A stretch of 64,000 nt of DNA from Chrysomallon squamiferum (GCA_012295275.1 CM022671.1:4836001-4900000); one strand, 5' to 3'; shown: positions 27,701-42,514, numbered from the stretch's first letter. Translations and numbers: made by a program. The notes: generated from the letters alone by a model not told the origin.

Positions 27701-28269
27701 TAAAGTTTGTGTTTGAACTTGTCCCTGAATCTGTGTTGTTCTCACTCATAGTACAGGCGGGTGTTTCATAAATCATGTAAAAAGTGTCGCCACTATTTCC
27801 CCATGGACACCAATCGACGCTGACGTATTTTATTTTACCTTTTGAAAGAAAACGAACCGGAGAATTTCGTCGCTGGATTATTCACAATTATGAAAGCCAG
27901 TGATTGATCGGAAACGGTTATTTTCAAAACCCCATGGACAGTGTATTATGTCCAACAGAAAATGTTGTTATTTTTTTATTATTTTTATTATTATTTTACC
28001 GGTATTTACTTCAAGACGTGCAGCCTCAAAAAAAAGTTAATGAACCGTTTCTCTACGTCAGAGACCGAAGAAGATAATAATTGTTGTGACCCAACCGGAC
28101 AAAAGGACACGCTAAGTTCTTTCTTTGATATATCTGAGGATAGTTTGAAATTAGCACGCACAAATGTTCTGTTGAACAAATTAAATCACACATTTAATAA
28201 GTATGTGTTTGCAAATAGGTTTAATAATCTAGAAATCTGAACTGAAGAAAAAGTAATTAAAAGGCAACA

Positions 28270-29235
28270 ACATGAATAACTCTTTGTAACGCATATCTCT
28301 AAAATTTGTAACGGAAAGTATTTTTTTCTAATGTTTATTACATAACTCTAACTCTTGTAACAAAACTCTTTATAAATATTGTAACTTAATATACCTCTTA
28401 CTAATGTTTGTAATATAACTTGTTCTAAAGCTTGTAATTTAACTCTTTTTCCTGTAACCTAAAAGTTACTAACTGTTATACCATAACTCTACCTAATTGT
28501 TGTAATATAACTCATTCTAATTCTTGTAATATAACTCTTTATAATGCGTGTAATATAACTTTCTAACTCTTTACAATACCTATAACATAACTCTTTCTAA
28601 CTATTATAATATCATTCTTTACAATGCATGTAACATAACCCTTTCTAACACTTTACAATAGCTATAAATAACTCTTCCTAACTCTTTACAATGCATATAA
28701 CATAACTCTTTTTAACTTTTACAATGCTTGTAACATAACTCTTTCTAACTCTTTACAATACATATAACATAAGTTTGTCTGACTCTTTACAACATATACA
28801 ACATAACTCTTTCTAAATCTTTACAATACTTATAATAGAACTTTTTCTAGCTTTTATAATATTTATAATTCTTGTAACATAACTCTTTCTAGCTATTGTA
28901 ATATAACTCTTTATAATTCTTGTAACATAACTCTTTTTAACTATTGTAATATAACTCTTTATAATGCTTGTAATATAACTTTCTAACTCTTTACAATCCA
29001 TATAACATAACACTTTCTAACTAATTGTAATATAATTCTTTATAATGCTCGTACCATAACTCTTTCAAACTCTTGTAACATAACTCTTTACAGTGCTTGC
29101 AACATAACTCTAACTCTTGTAATATAACTCTCTGTAATGCTTGTAACATAACTCTTTCTAACTTTTGTAACATAACTCTCTGTAATGCTTGTAACATAAC
29201 TCTTTCTAACTCTTGTAACATAACTCTTTCAAGCC
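28270..29235. repeat. Minisatellite built from ~21- and ~12-bp subunits (CATAACTCTTTCTAACTCTTTACAATGCTTGTAA)
   Basis: Dozens of copies of TAACATAACTCTTT / TTGTAATATAACTC. A related short piece lies at ~29935-30025. Confidence 0.92.
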
Positions 29236-30045
29236 TTTTTAACTGTAATCGGTTCCAGTGACTTAACGTACCAAGGAACGAAACTGGTCGCACATACTTG
29301 TAGAAGCTGACCCAGAGATGCGTGATCAAACTATTTATTAATTTAGACGTTTAGGTGTTCACGTCTACAGCTGTGTGATTGTGTTGTTCTTCTTTAGAAA
29401 TAACTTCTATAACGAACTCGGTTTCAGATTTAGTTTTAAATTTTAATTACAGACATTAGAATAACGCGAACTCGCGATGCTGTTGTTGTTGGTGATGTTA
29501 TTATTTACTGCAACTGGATCACTAACCGTTAATTTATTTATAACTGTGCTAGAATCTCCTCTTCACGTCTTTGTTGTTGATGTTGTTGTCTTAGTTGTAG
29601 TTTTCACGGTAGTATATCTAGTTTACAATAACTGCGTAATTTATTTATTAATGTAATCTATATATACCATTCTGGTGTTGTTGGTGATTTGTTGCTATAG
29701 TTTCGTTGCTGTTTTTACTTTTGTTTTGTTGTACATGACTATCTTGTTTATAAAAATATATATTTCTACTGCAAACAATAATTTTAAAAAAAAAAAAAGA
29801 AGAAATAAACAACAAATAATTTATCACATATTTAGATACACATACATGTACATATATACTGTACATATATAACATTTATATATATTTATATATGATATCA
29901 ATGTGATATATTTCCAAGAATATTGATAACTGATAACGGAAAGTAATTTTTCTAATGCTTATTATAATAACTAACACTTGTAACAAAACTCTTTTTCTAC
30001 GTTTGTAGCATAACTCTTTCTAAACATTGACAAATCGTTTTAATT

Positions 30046-30167
30046 TCGCTTAAACGAAGCACACAATTTCAAGATTAAAAAAGAAAAACAAACGAGGAAG
30101 ATATAAAGCTGTCATAAATATTTAACTCATTTATTCAGAGTACGTTTGATATCATACATTTTCATTT
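30046..30167 (-). repeat. Inverted copy of 25784-25907
   Basis: Matches the reverse complement of 25784-25907 (see that feature). Confidence 0.85.
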
Positions 30168-30868
30168 TCATTATATTATATAATACTCTGTAATTAAAAA
30201 TCTAGAAAAAACAGACAACTAATGCAACATTTTACAAAATAAAATAAAATAAATAAAACATTTCTGACTCCTATATTTGAATTTACGGTTGACAAATAAC
30301 GTTGCCAAAAGAATACAAAAAATTTTGAAGAGAGAAAAACTTCTGTCTAAACCAATACACTTATTGTTGCCTGTATGTAAAATATTTAAACTTGTTATTC
30401 TTTTATGATGTTTTATTCTGTACGTTAGAGTTCATTAAACAAAACACTTGGTGTAAAAAAAAATGTCTGTCTCTCTGTCTGTGTGTGTGGATGTATGAAT
30501 GTACATTAGTGTGTTAGGCATGTATGTATATACATACAGAGAGAGAGAGAGAGATAAGGAGGCTTAAGTAGATGTCATCGACTACCTACATAATTTATTG
30601 ATGTGTGGATGTGTATTTGCTCGTCTGTATGTATGCATGAATCGAAGACGAATGGATGGATGAATGTATCGATGGACGGATTAATGAATATTCATATGCA
30701 AGTACAAAGTGCTAGATGGATAACTGAATGAAAGGGCTGATGTGTTTATACAGATAGATGAATAACAGTTTCTTATTGATTATTAAATATCGTTAAAGGA
30801 ACGTATAAAATATTTTATACCTTTTTGAACCATGCACAAAAGCATTAAAGCGTTGTTTTTTATTTTTT

Positions 30869-30874
30869 TTATTA

Positions 30875-30943
<69 letters not shown>

Positions 30944-30944
30944 A

Positions 30945-30979
<35 letters not shown>

Positions 30980-31216
30980 AATTATTACAATTATTATTAT
31001 TACTATTATTATTATTACTATTATTATTACTATTATTATTATTATTACTATTATTATTATTCTGTTATTATTATCATAACTATTATTATTATTACTATTA
31101 TTACTATTATTATTATTATTATCACTATTATTGTTATTATTATTATTATTATTATGATCATTATTACTGTTATTATTATTATTATTATTAGTAGTAGTAG
31201 TAGTAGTAGTAGTAGT
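30869..31216. repeat. (ATT/ACT/AGT)n microsatellite
   Basis: Long, near-perfect ATT run ending in (AGT)n. Confidence 0.95.
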
Positions 31217-31962
31217 AATGAATTTTTTAATGGACTATTTTCCCAAAGTGTACAATATTCAGATTAAACTAATTTCCTGAACTTCATATATAATTGTTAT
31301 TATTTATTTATTTATTTATTTATTTAATTAAATGTAAAACATTTTAACAAAAACTTTCTTACAGCAAAAAAAAACATGTAATTCTTGTATGAAATATAAT
31401 ATTCTTTATTTATCAAAGTATTCATTTATTAATCTATTCATTTCTTTTCTTTCTTTTGTTTATATTATTTTTTTTTTCCACTCGTTTGTGCGTGCGTGCG
31501 TGCGTGACAAAACAAACGAGTTTCGGGTTTCAATTTATTCTCTCTTTTCAAAGAAATTAACGCATTTATCTTACTTTTAGAAAAATAATTAATCCAAGGA
31601 AAACAAAAAAACAGCCTGAAGGGAATCGTTAATGATTATTAAATGCGCAGACGACAGAACGACAGTGGAATATTTTAAATATTAATGTCTACTTTTTTTT
31701 CTTTTTTTTTTATCTGTACTATTTAACCTAACGCCGAATTCATGCAAATATTAATTGAAAGTCGTTAAATAATAAGTTCTTAATTACAGATAAAGAAAAT
31801 AATAAATGTAAAATAAAATAAAAAGAGTAAGAGAGAAAGAGAAAAATAACATAAAATGATCAATGATCTGCGAATGCAGATAAATTGTACTTTTAATTAC
31901 CATTCCTGACGTAATAATAAATACAGGACAGTATTTAGTTCACAGGTTCGCGGGATCGGTAT

Positions 31963-31996
<34 letters not shown>

Positions 31997-32047
31997 AGTA
32001 TGTATGGATGTATGTTTGTGTGTGTCTGTATATATACATATATATAC

Positions 32048-32081
<34 letters not shown>

Positions 32082-32301
32082 TTTTTATGTATATATGTGT
32101 ATGAATATATGTTTGTATGTATGTATGTATATACGGAAACAAAATAATCGTTTATTATAATGTTATTACCTCAAATAAAACAGATAAAAAAAACTAATAA
32201 GTTATTGTGTATGTACAACGAAAATAAATATACACAAAAACAAATAAAACCATATTAATTTAGCTGTATATATGAAATATGTATATATGTATATAAGACT
32301 G

Positions 32302-32352
<51 letters not shown>

Positions 32353-34450
32353 ACATTCTTTTTCTAGAATGTATAGACAAATACAGCTATATTAATTTAT
32401 CTGTATATATGAAAAGTAATATATATACACACACATACATACATACACTAATACACATACATATATCGACATTTTATTTTTCACAATCCATAAAATAAGT
32501 AAAGCCATATTAATTTACTGAAATATATAAAAACGAAAAACGACAGCAAAACATTAATTTATCAGAATGCACGATAACAGGTAAAATGACGTTACTGTGC
32601 CAGAACGTGTCAAAACAAATAAAACCACATTAGTTTATGATAACGAAAAAAAAACAACAACAAATGCTTAATGTTTTCAACCACATTTACTTATATCAAA
32701 GTATGAAAACCAGGTTTAAATATTTTATTTATTATCTCACGCACATACAGATGTATACAAAGACGTTGTGTGTTTAGATAATTACGCTGTTACCTATCGA
32801 ATTAAATTATTTTGTTTTTATGAATGCTGCCACGCAGGAAATAATAATTAATTCACTGAATTTATTTCGCCCATTTTTGCTAGTTAACATGGTGTAGTAT
32901 TTAAATTTGAGTACCAACGATGATGAAGGATAAAATTTAACATATTCTGTGAAATGTAGTACTGTGTCATATATTCTCGACACTTTCTTATAATCGGAAT
33001 ATCTCTTAAAAAATAATTTTTTTGCTGATTGTCAAAAGCAAGCATAATTGTGTATAAATTGTCGTCTTTTTATAATTGTATATCAACTGTTTTTTTTTAT
33101 AACTGTACATCAGTTGTTTTTATATTTTTATATAAACTGTTTTTATAACCATGTATAAATTGTATTTATATTGTATTTATATTTTTTGCAATTATATATA
33201 GATATATATTTTTTTATAGTTGTATTTAAATTGTTTATATAGCTGTAAGTAAATTTTAATTATAATCATATATGAATTGCTTTTATAATTATAAATATAT
33301 CATTATCATGATGATATATAAAATGTTTTTATCACATCTGAAAGACAAAGCTTTTGAAATAAGCATGCACACATACACTTCGTAACACTAATATAAATTA
33401 TCACAGCAATCTGTAGTGTTTTCCTAACTAAAGCAATGTCAAAGTTGTATACACGAATATATATATATTTTTAAATAAATATTCATAGCACATGCACATT
33501 CCAAGATACAACGAAATTTCATAAAATAATCATAATTATGCATTTTCATGTACATCTCTGTCATTACTGTTTTTTACTTAAATATGTTTTTTTTTTTTCA
33601 CAACTGAATGTATGTGATATATATATATATATATATATATATTATTCTATCTACGTTGTTGTGTTGTTGTTTTTGTTTGTTTTTGTTGTTGTTGTATCTT
33701 TCTAACACATTATTTTTTCAAAAAGTTACTACTGAGTGACTTCTCGTTATTATTAAGTTAAACTGACTACCTCTCTTTTCAGCGTTGAGAAAATTCAGAA
33801 CTAGCGGTCTTTGTAAGATTTTATTCGTTATTTTCTTTGTTTGAACCCAGAACCGCGAATTTTTCCAAATTTCACTAATTCTGAACACTGTCGATAGACT
33901 GTTAGTTTTACTGTCCACACTTTGTACGTCTGTGAGTTTATTTCCAAATGTCAGAACAGTTTTCTTTTAAATCCATTCTTTTCTCTTTTAAAAACAAAAT
34001 AATAATAATAATAATAATAATAACAATAATAATAGTAACAAATGAAAATGATAATAATAATAGTAATAATAAATAATAATAATAACAACAATAATAATAA
34101 TAACAACAAATAATAATAATAGTAACAAATGATAATAATAATAACAATAACAAATATTAATAATAACGAATAATATAACAAATGATAATGATAATAATAA
34201 TAATAATAATAACAATGACAAATAATAATAATAACAAATAATAATAATAATAACAAATAATAATAATAATTACAAATAATAATAATAGTAACAAATGATA
34301 ATAATAATAATAATAATAATAACAACAAATAATAACAAATAATAATAATAACAGAACTGTATTTCTTTTGGTATTTCAAAAATCTCTCACAAAATTACGC
34401 ACAGACACTGCTGCGGCTGCTGTTAACGAGTCACAATGACGTTGCCGACG

Positions 34451-35308
34451 TCAGTACCTGTTTTCCTCAGCCCACGCTCGCTTCTTCCTCTCCAGGTGCT
34501 TCTTCTTCTCCGCAAACAGCTCCCGCTGCTGGTGCCTCAGGTAATAGTCATTGAACGAGACGGCTATCAGAGCAATCGGGATGGACAGGAAGATGATGCC
34601 GCACATGGCGGTGATCGTCCCCAAGAGATAACCACACCCAGTCTCCGGGTAGTAGTCGCCGTAGCCTACGGTCGTCATGGTGATGATCGCCCACCACACT
34701 GCCAGCGGGATGCTGGAGAACCGCTGATTCTCGAAAGCACAGTAGTACTGCATGGTGCCGAAAATGGTGGAGACGACGATGAAGCAGAGGATGAGGAGGC
34801 CGAGGTCCCTCGCGCTCTTCTGGATGGCCAGCAGCATTATCTTAAGCCCGCTGTACCTCTCCTGAAGACGAAAGAATCGGACGAGTCTGAAGACCATGAC
34901 GCACTGGAGAGCGAAGTAGCACACGTAGAGGCTGTGGGTCGGGTGGACGACGTTGTGGGTGAAGAGCAGGTCGAGGATGCCCGCCCCGAAGCCCGACACC
35001 GTGGAGATGACGTCGATCCAGTTGAGGATGCTGAAGAAGAAGCGCTTCTTGTCGTAGTAGACGAGGAAGCGAAGCAGCAGCTCCACGGTGAAGACCCCCA
35101 CGAGAAAGTTCTCGAGGACGTAGACGCCGGGCACGAGGCCGTAGTAGGCGTAGAGGATGAATTTGTAGTTCGTGCTGTTCTTCAGGACGTCGTCGGTGAT
35201 GTTGAACTCGTCGCTGAACGAGTATTTCTGACGCAATGATGGCACTGACGTCAGAGCGAGAAGAATTCCAGATGCGAACACTAATATGATGTATATGAAG
35301 TTCCATAC
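34451..35308 (-). CDS. Kv-C exon 2: S1-S6, pore and C-tail
   Basis: Acceptor TTCAG (AG at 35310-35309), then VWNFIYIILVFAS. S4 QCVMVFRLVRFFRLQER, pore SIPLAVWWAIITMTTVGYGDYYP, S6 MCGIIFLSIPIALIAVSF, TGA ending at 34451. Confidence 0.95.
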   Translation of the reverse strand, partial: VWNFIYIILVFASGILLALTSVPSLRQKYSFSDEFNITDDVLKNSTNYKFILYAYYGLVPGVYVLENFLVGVFTVELLLRFLVYYDKKRFFFSILNWIDVISTVSGFGAGILDLLFTHNVVHPTHSLYVCYFALQCVMVFRLVRFFRLQERYSGLKIMLLAIQKSARDLGLLILCFIVVSTIFGTMQYYCAFENQRFSSIPLAVWWAIITMTTVGYGDYYPETGCGYLLGTITAMCGIIFLSIPIALIAVSFNDYYLRHQQRELFAEKKKHLERKKRAWAEENRY

Positions 35309-35328
35309 CTGAAGTGAAGACAACATCC

Positions 35329-35384
35329 GATCATTCAGTTAATAATGTATGGAAGGAACTGATCATTCAGTTAATAATGTATGG
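35329..35384. repeat. 24-bp direct repeat near the 3' splice site of the Kv-C intron
   Basis: GATCATTCAGTTAATAATGTATGG at 35329-35352 and 35361-35384. Confidence 0.9.
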
Positions 35385-35671
35385 CTGATGGATGCAGTGG
35401 TGCATGTTAAAATGGTTGGTTGGATAGAGCTACATTAAATCTTGGCCAGTTACAATTTCGATATCGTGTTGCTGTTATAAACATAAAACGTGTGTTTATA
35501 AATCTGCGTGTGTGTGAATCTGTGTGTCTGTGTGTCTGTGACGGTGTCAGACAGAACCAGTGGTTGTTATATGATGTCAGTTGTGTGTATGTACTGCGTC
35601 ATTATAAGCTGTTGTAGTAGTTGTTGCTGTACACATAATAATAATAATAATAATAATAAAACGTCACCAAC

Positions 35672-36268
35672 CTTGGCTGCAGTGGACGAATTCGGCTTCA
35701 CGAGAATGAGATAAATCTTATGACGTAATACTTGCAGCGCGCTGACACCTTTCACCTCCTCCACCGTCGTTTCCAGTTCCACCTGCTGCTCCAAATGACT
35801 GAAAATGACGTCATCTTCGTCGACGTCGTGCATCACCCTCCAGCAACACTCGGCGATGGTCGACTGCGATATCTGCCAAAACTTCAGCTCGTTCTTGATC
35901 GCGTTGCCGCAAATCCCGGACGGAAGATGCAGCTCCGACGTGCGGTAGAAGTTGAGGATGAACGGGAAAACCTGAGGGTCTCTGTCGAAGACGAATTCGT
36001 CCGTCTGTTTGTTGTAGAACTCGGAGGTTTTGTCGAGATCTGCCAGGCGAGTGTTGGGATGTTTCTGCAGCGTTTCTCTTCTGGTGGCGAAGTTCGCTCC
36101 TCCGACGACTAACTTTAACATTTCGCACGGTCTTCGCTTCTTGTTCTTTTCGTCACTGCAGTCGACAAGGCTCGTCACGTCTTCCTGCTGTTTCCTTTTC
36201 TTTGTGCGCTCAGTATACACCGGGCCGTTTCTCGTATTTTTTCTCGTTTCGTTTTTGATGACGTTCAT
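35672..36268 (-). CDS. Kv-C exon 1: basic N-terminal extension plus T1 domain
   Basis: MNVIKNE...MLKLVVGGANFATRRETLQKHPNTRLA...FVFDRDPQVFPFILNFYRTSELHLPSGICGNAIKNELKFWQISQSTIAECCW...LVKPNSSTAAK. Donor GT at 35671-35670. About 484 aa in total, with an alternative ATG at 36121. Confidence 0.92.
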
Positions 36269-36455
36269 CTTCGGGATGTTTAGTGGTTATTTTTTAGCTG
36301 CTTGGTTTTGTAATGTGGGGGTTTTTTTTTTTTTTTATATTCGTTTCGTTCTTCTTTTCTTTTCTTTCTCTTTTATTTGTTTTTCTTTTTTGTATTTTTT
36401 TCTTATAACATAAAAGAATATTTTATTGTATTTTATTTGATTTACTTTATTATAA

Positions 36456-36498
<43 letters not shown>

Positions 36499-38080
36499 TA
36501 TTATTATTTATTTATTTATTTTTTATTTTAATTTTATTTTCTTCTTTTGTTAAAGTCACATTTCATTATACTTATTTTGTTTTTCTTCTTATTGTTCACT
36601 TGTTCGATAATTATAAATATATATTTATAATTATTTATTTTTTAATATATTTATATTTTGATTTATAACTTATCTTTGATTTTCTATTTTTCCCTTTTGT
36701 TCTTTTCACATAAATATTTTTTGGTTGTTGTTCTTCTTCTTCCTCAGAATATTTTAATTTCAAATTTGATGATATAGTTACCTTTCCTTTTCATATAATT
36801 ATATGCAAACTGTATTTCTCATTAATCCGTATATTCGTCAACCCGTTAATCCTGTCCACTTGAAACTCTCTTCCACAATAAATAATCAAAACTTTCTTTT
36901 CTCTTTCATTGAATGTCCTCTCCAGATATGAATAAATAATTATTTTTCTACCTTATTATATATAATGTCCACTGTTTTCATAATTATATCAACATTTTTT
37001 ATCTTCTTAATCCTTTGAAATTATTCACCAACATCAGTTTTAATTATTTCTTCTTCTTCTTTTTTTTGTTCACTTCACGTATAACAAGGTTTTTTTGTTC
37101 TTGTTTCTCTTCTGCTGTTACGTTCACTATTCACGTAATTTTTATATTTTATTCTTCTTTCTTACAACATCAGTTGTTTGACGATTTTATTTACGCTCTC
37201 ATTTTTTTTTTATCATCCCGTTCATGTTTACTTGTTCGATAGACCATTTTTTTTTTTTTCTTATTCTTTTATCAGTAAAAGTTTACAATGCATATTATAA
37301 ATGTTTGATCTATGATGATCCGCTGATAGTTAAGTTCACATGTAATTACACAATTATGACTTCATTGATCAGTTCAACAATCACTGATGTCATATTTGTT
37401 GATCTCAGTTTCTGCTTCTTTGAATTTTTGAATAATGCATAGTGACATTTGTAGTTACTATAATCCGATTAATATTATAATCTCACTGACATCATCTATT
37501 TTTGTTAATTTTGTTTTTCTTCTTTTCGAAGTTCACATTATCTTTCATTAAACTCGTGCGTTTCTTTTGATCTGTTTTATTAACCACAGTAATTTCAAAA
37601 TATCTGTTATTCGTTTTGTTTCCTTTAAACTGTCAGATTACAATGGAATATGTCATCAATATCCTATCTCGATATATCTAAACATCAAGAACAAACGGAC
37701 ACTGCATAATAAACCCTTCTCCAGTTCGGAAGACAAAAAAACAACAACGAATTATTATTTTACCAGCGAAATAACAAAATCAAATATGGCTGACTTGTTT
37801 GCCAAACGATTTTCGTGGTAAAGTGAAAACTTGGTTACTTGACACTACATTTGTTCAGCTGTAACAATGGTTTTGTATTGTCTGTATGTTTTGCTTCGTC
37901 ATATTGTGTCATGCATTATTAACAGAAAACGTTTGCAGACATAACACGCTTCCAGTATAGAGCAGACGACAAGGGAATATCTTTGTCGTCTTGGAACAGA
38001 AAAACGACTGGTGTATTTAAGGTGTACATTTCTGGATAATTATATCATTCCTGTTGGTGGTGGACGGTCATAGCGTAAAT

Positions 38081-38111
<31 letters not shown>

Positions 38112-38160
38112 CGGTAATTATCCTACGGGAAACGTATAATAATAGCAATTTATAATCATT

Positions 38161-38191
<31 letters not shown>

Positions 38192-38554
38192 TGAAAAAAT
38201 AGAAAAAATGTATAAAAATAAATAAATAAATAGAAATTAAGATTCAGTTCGTTGACTCATTGATTAAACGAATCAAAGCTGAACTATATTCCGGACAAAT
38301 AAAGCTATTGCTGCAGCGTTTAAAGTACGATCAAATAACGACAAATGTATAACAGATTGCGTAGGTGACAAATAATCATGTTATAGCTGAGTTAAAACAC
38401 TAAACAAGAAAACAAAAACCCAGACACGACAGTAATAACTTAGATAAATCAGTCGTGTGTTACAACAGTTTTACATAAAAATACGCGCCACACATTTGTT
38501 TTAAATTCCATTATACATTTAATTTAAATTTCACAATACACTGTTGGTTAAAAT

Positions 38555-38669
<115 letters not shown>

Positions 38670-38974
38670 TGTGTGTGTGAATAAATTAAGTTTGATTGTC
38701 ATCTGAAAGATGTTTGGTGTGTGTTTTTTTGTTGGTGTTTTTCTTTTTTCTTTTTGTTTTTTTGTTGTTGTTTTTGGTTTGTTTGTTTGTTGTTATTGTT
38801 GTTGTTGTTTTTGTTCTTGTAGTTGTTATTAACGAACGTCATATTTTGTTAATAACGTCATATTTTGGAAACCGAAAATTACCGATTTCTTCTTTTTCTT
38901 CCTATGTGTTTGAAAATGTTAATGAATGAGAAATCTGTTGTCTTATGTATATCTGATTAGATTCTCTATGATTA

Positions 38975-39280
38975 TATGTATGCATATGTGTATATATGTA
39001 TGTGTGCGTATGTGTGTATGTATGTATGCATGTATCTTTATATGTATGTATGTATGTATGTGTGTGTGTATGTATGTATGTATGTATGTATCTTTATATG
39101 TATGTATGTATGTATATGTGTGTGTATGTATATGTGTGTGTATGTATGTATGTATGTATTTATGTTTGTATATGTATGTATGTATATGTGTGTGTATGTA
39201 TATATATGTATGTATGTATTTATGTATGTATGTATGTATTTATGAATATATGAATGTAAGTATTTATGTATGTATGTATG

Positions 39281-39311
<31 letters not shown>

Positions 39312-39528
39312 GTGTATGTATGTATGTATGTATATGTATGTATGTATGTATGTGTGTGTATGTATGTATGTATGTATATGTATGTATGTATGTATGTGTA
39401 TGTATGTATGTATGTATGTATGTATATGTATGTATGTATGTATTTATGTATGTGTATGTATGTATGTGTGTGTATGTATGTATGTATGTGTATGTATGTA
39501 TGTAGATGAATGTATGTATGTATGTATG
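38975..39528. repeat. (TATG/TGTA)n microsatellite
   Basis: About 550 bp of degenerate TATG/TG repeats. Confidence 0.95.
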
Positions 39529-39866
39529 TTCTGCTTTGTATGTTGTCTGATTAATCTCAATACATAACCAACACTGGTTAACCGCACTTACATATAAATT
39601 GGAACAAAACAATAAATTAATAATAATTATTTCAAAGCTCTAATGAAATATGCATTTTAAAATAATTGACTTTGATGATGAATTAACTAAGGATGCGTCA
39701 GGGTATTGTGCAATTAATGATTTTAAATAAACTAATTTTAATAATTTAAGTGTTCTTATCAACTGATGAAAAAAACCAGTTATAAATATTAGCCTTCTTT
39801 TTTTTGGGGGGGGTCTTTTTTACTGATGGGTATTTTGTATTTTACTGTTATCTGAGAAATAGATAC

Positions 39867-39971
<105 letters not shown>

Positions 39972-41221
39972 AAGAGTGAAAGAGAGACAGACAGACAGAC
40001 AGAGAGAGAGAGAGAGGTGTGTTTCGTAAACATGCATAAACATTCATGTGTGTGTGTGTGTGTGTGTGTGTAATTATTTCCTAGTACTACAGAAACGTTT
40101 TAGAAATAGAATTCAATAATTAATGATAAGTGACTTTAATGTGTCCTTTCAATTTAGTTAATTTAAGTATTCATGCAGCTACATGCAATTTACTTTTATT
40201 TTATTAACACCGGTGATATTTTGGTTGTAAATATTTATCTTTCTATGCACACGCAAACACACGTATGTATATCAGTCCGACTGTCTGTCTATCTTTATAT
40301 CTTGCTGAGGAATTTCTTCGAAGGAACTAAAACATTGTTTTATGTTTCACTATCTGAGTAACCTGTTTCACTCTGTCGAGAAAATTATTTACTTTTTCTA
40401 TAACATAATGTGGAGATAATCTCCAAGCGTATTTGTGAATGTTTAGCTGTTTTTCATAAACAATTTCTCCTGTATAAATTGTTTAACACTATTATTAATT
40501 TCAGTAAAGTTTAAAAAAAAAAAAAAAAAAATGTTCATGAAAAATGAATGAAAAGATCGATGGATTTTAAAAGGAATTTTTGCCAAATTGTTTTTTTTTT
40601 CATCTTTTTTTTGTTTTATTTTATTTTTAATTTTTCTGTTGAGTATGTTTGAGCGATTTTTAAAAAAAAATTATTATTGATTTTATTTTTGCTTTTGTTC
40701 GTGTTTAACTGCGTAATAAAATAAGAGCTGTTAACACCAAAAGTCAAACAAAAGTACAAAAGGTCACGTGATGTTCGACTAGTTTATTTTTGATCCTTAC
40801 CCTCATTACTTTCAGAGCAGAAGTAAGGAAAATTAAATTTTGTTTTAATGTGCTTTTTACACGAGAGCAACATTAAAATAACAAAAAAATATCAGAAATT
40901 AACCAATAATTTGTACAACAAACAATGTTTAAATATAAAAATTCTTAAATAATCTGGGACATTATTCTTGTTTTCTTTATATACATACATATCACAGTAA
41001 AACATTTTAATTTATACATGAAAAATAATTTTCATTTTGAGTTCATGTCAACGATCTGAGAAGAATTAGAAATAATTTTGAATTTTAAAATAAATCAATA
41101 AATCAGTAAATCAATAAAAAAAAAGCATTATAATAATAATAGTAATAATAATAATAATAAATAATAATAATAATAATAAAGTTACTTTTATTATTATTAT
41201 ATTATTATTATTATTATTATA

Positions 41222-41277
<56 letters not shown>

Positions 41278-41753
41278 TTTGACCATCACTAATAGGCTAC
41301 ATGTATTTTCTTTTGTTTCTTTTCCTTAAAATATATTTATTTATCTATTTATGTTCGTTTTTTTATTTCTGCGTTTATTTTTTTTTTATTATATTAATTT
41401 TTGTTTTAATATATATACATTTTTATAATATATTTCTTTAAACTACGAAAATTACCTGATTTTTACAAACTACCTTCTTTACTTCCAATTGTTTATTTGT
41501 TATTAAAGTATACCTTTAACGATACGTACAAATAATCCAAATATATTTAATATACATGAAAATTATTTAATTTCGGCGATTAATCTTTGGTAATAATAAA
41601 GTGTGAAGCAGTAAAAGGTCACGTGATATAAGGAGTCTGATATTTTACCAGTTGTCATGGCGACATAACGAACAAACCGCAACCGTTTGAAAATGTGATG
41701 TGAGACAAGAGTTGTCTCTCTTTGAGCTTTTGTCCTTTATTGAAAACCAATAA

Positions 41754-41797
<44 letters not shown>

Positions 41798-42473
41798 AAA
41801 TAAATAAATATGGAAGTATGTAGAATACATTTAGACTATCCATTAGCATAACGAAAGGTACACATTAAATGTTGCATTTTATACCAGCCACTGCTGGTTT
41901 AAACACTAAGTCACAGCCAATTTCAAAATGATACCAGATTAGTGATGACCGATTAGCAAGAAAAGTAATAATGAAAACATTACAATTAAGATGGTCATGA
42001 TGAGAAAATTATAAATGGTGAAGACAAAGACGATGTTATGATGAAGATGGTGATGATGATGATGACGATGATGATGTTGATGATAACTGTACTTGTATTA
42101 CACACTGTCAATTGCACTGATATTTGCTTTGCGTAGTCTGTTATCGTCAAATGTCAGACGTCTATAACGAAAATCCCTTTTGCTTACTTTCATGTCATAA
42201 AAATAAGAATAACCTTCCGTTCCAATTGTCATAAAGTCACATTTTCTTTGTATGTATTTTGCTTCTTCCAGAGAATCGAAAATAAAGTTAATTTTCGCTA
42301 GATTCATCAGCCTTTTCCGTATGTCTAGATTTAATAGTGACGTCAGTATCCTTATCTAAACTTAATTAACTGGTTTCCTTTCTGTCTCGAATACCGCTTT
42401 TATAAACTACGTTCAGTGAAACTTTTGTTGCCTGTTTCCGACCAAAACATTACTTCGTTTTTTTACATTTTGC

Positions 42474-42514
<41 letters not shown>

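Noticed and set aside
27941-28240. 99-aa ORF with a protein-like middle (STSETEEDNNCCDPTGQK...)
   Set aside because: GTG start, low-complexity N-terminus and no recognisable motif; at most a transposon fragment.
34436-35239. 267-aa antisense ORF over Kv-C exon 2, and similar ORFs at 23324-23749 and 35732-36112
   Set aside because: Codon-aligned antisense shadows of GC3-rich channel exons.
36500-37700. Purine-rich minus-strand sequence upstream of Kv-C resembling a decayed long N-terminus
   Set aside because: Frequent stops and an in-frame stop just upstream of ATG 36268; indistinguishable from AT-rich UTR or intergenic DNA.
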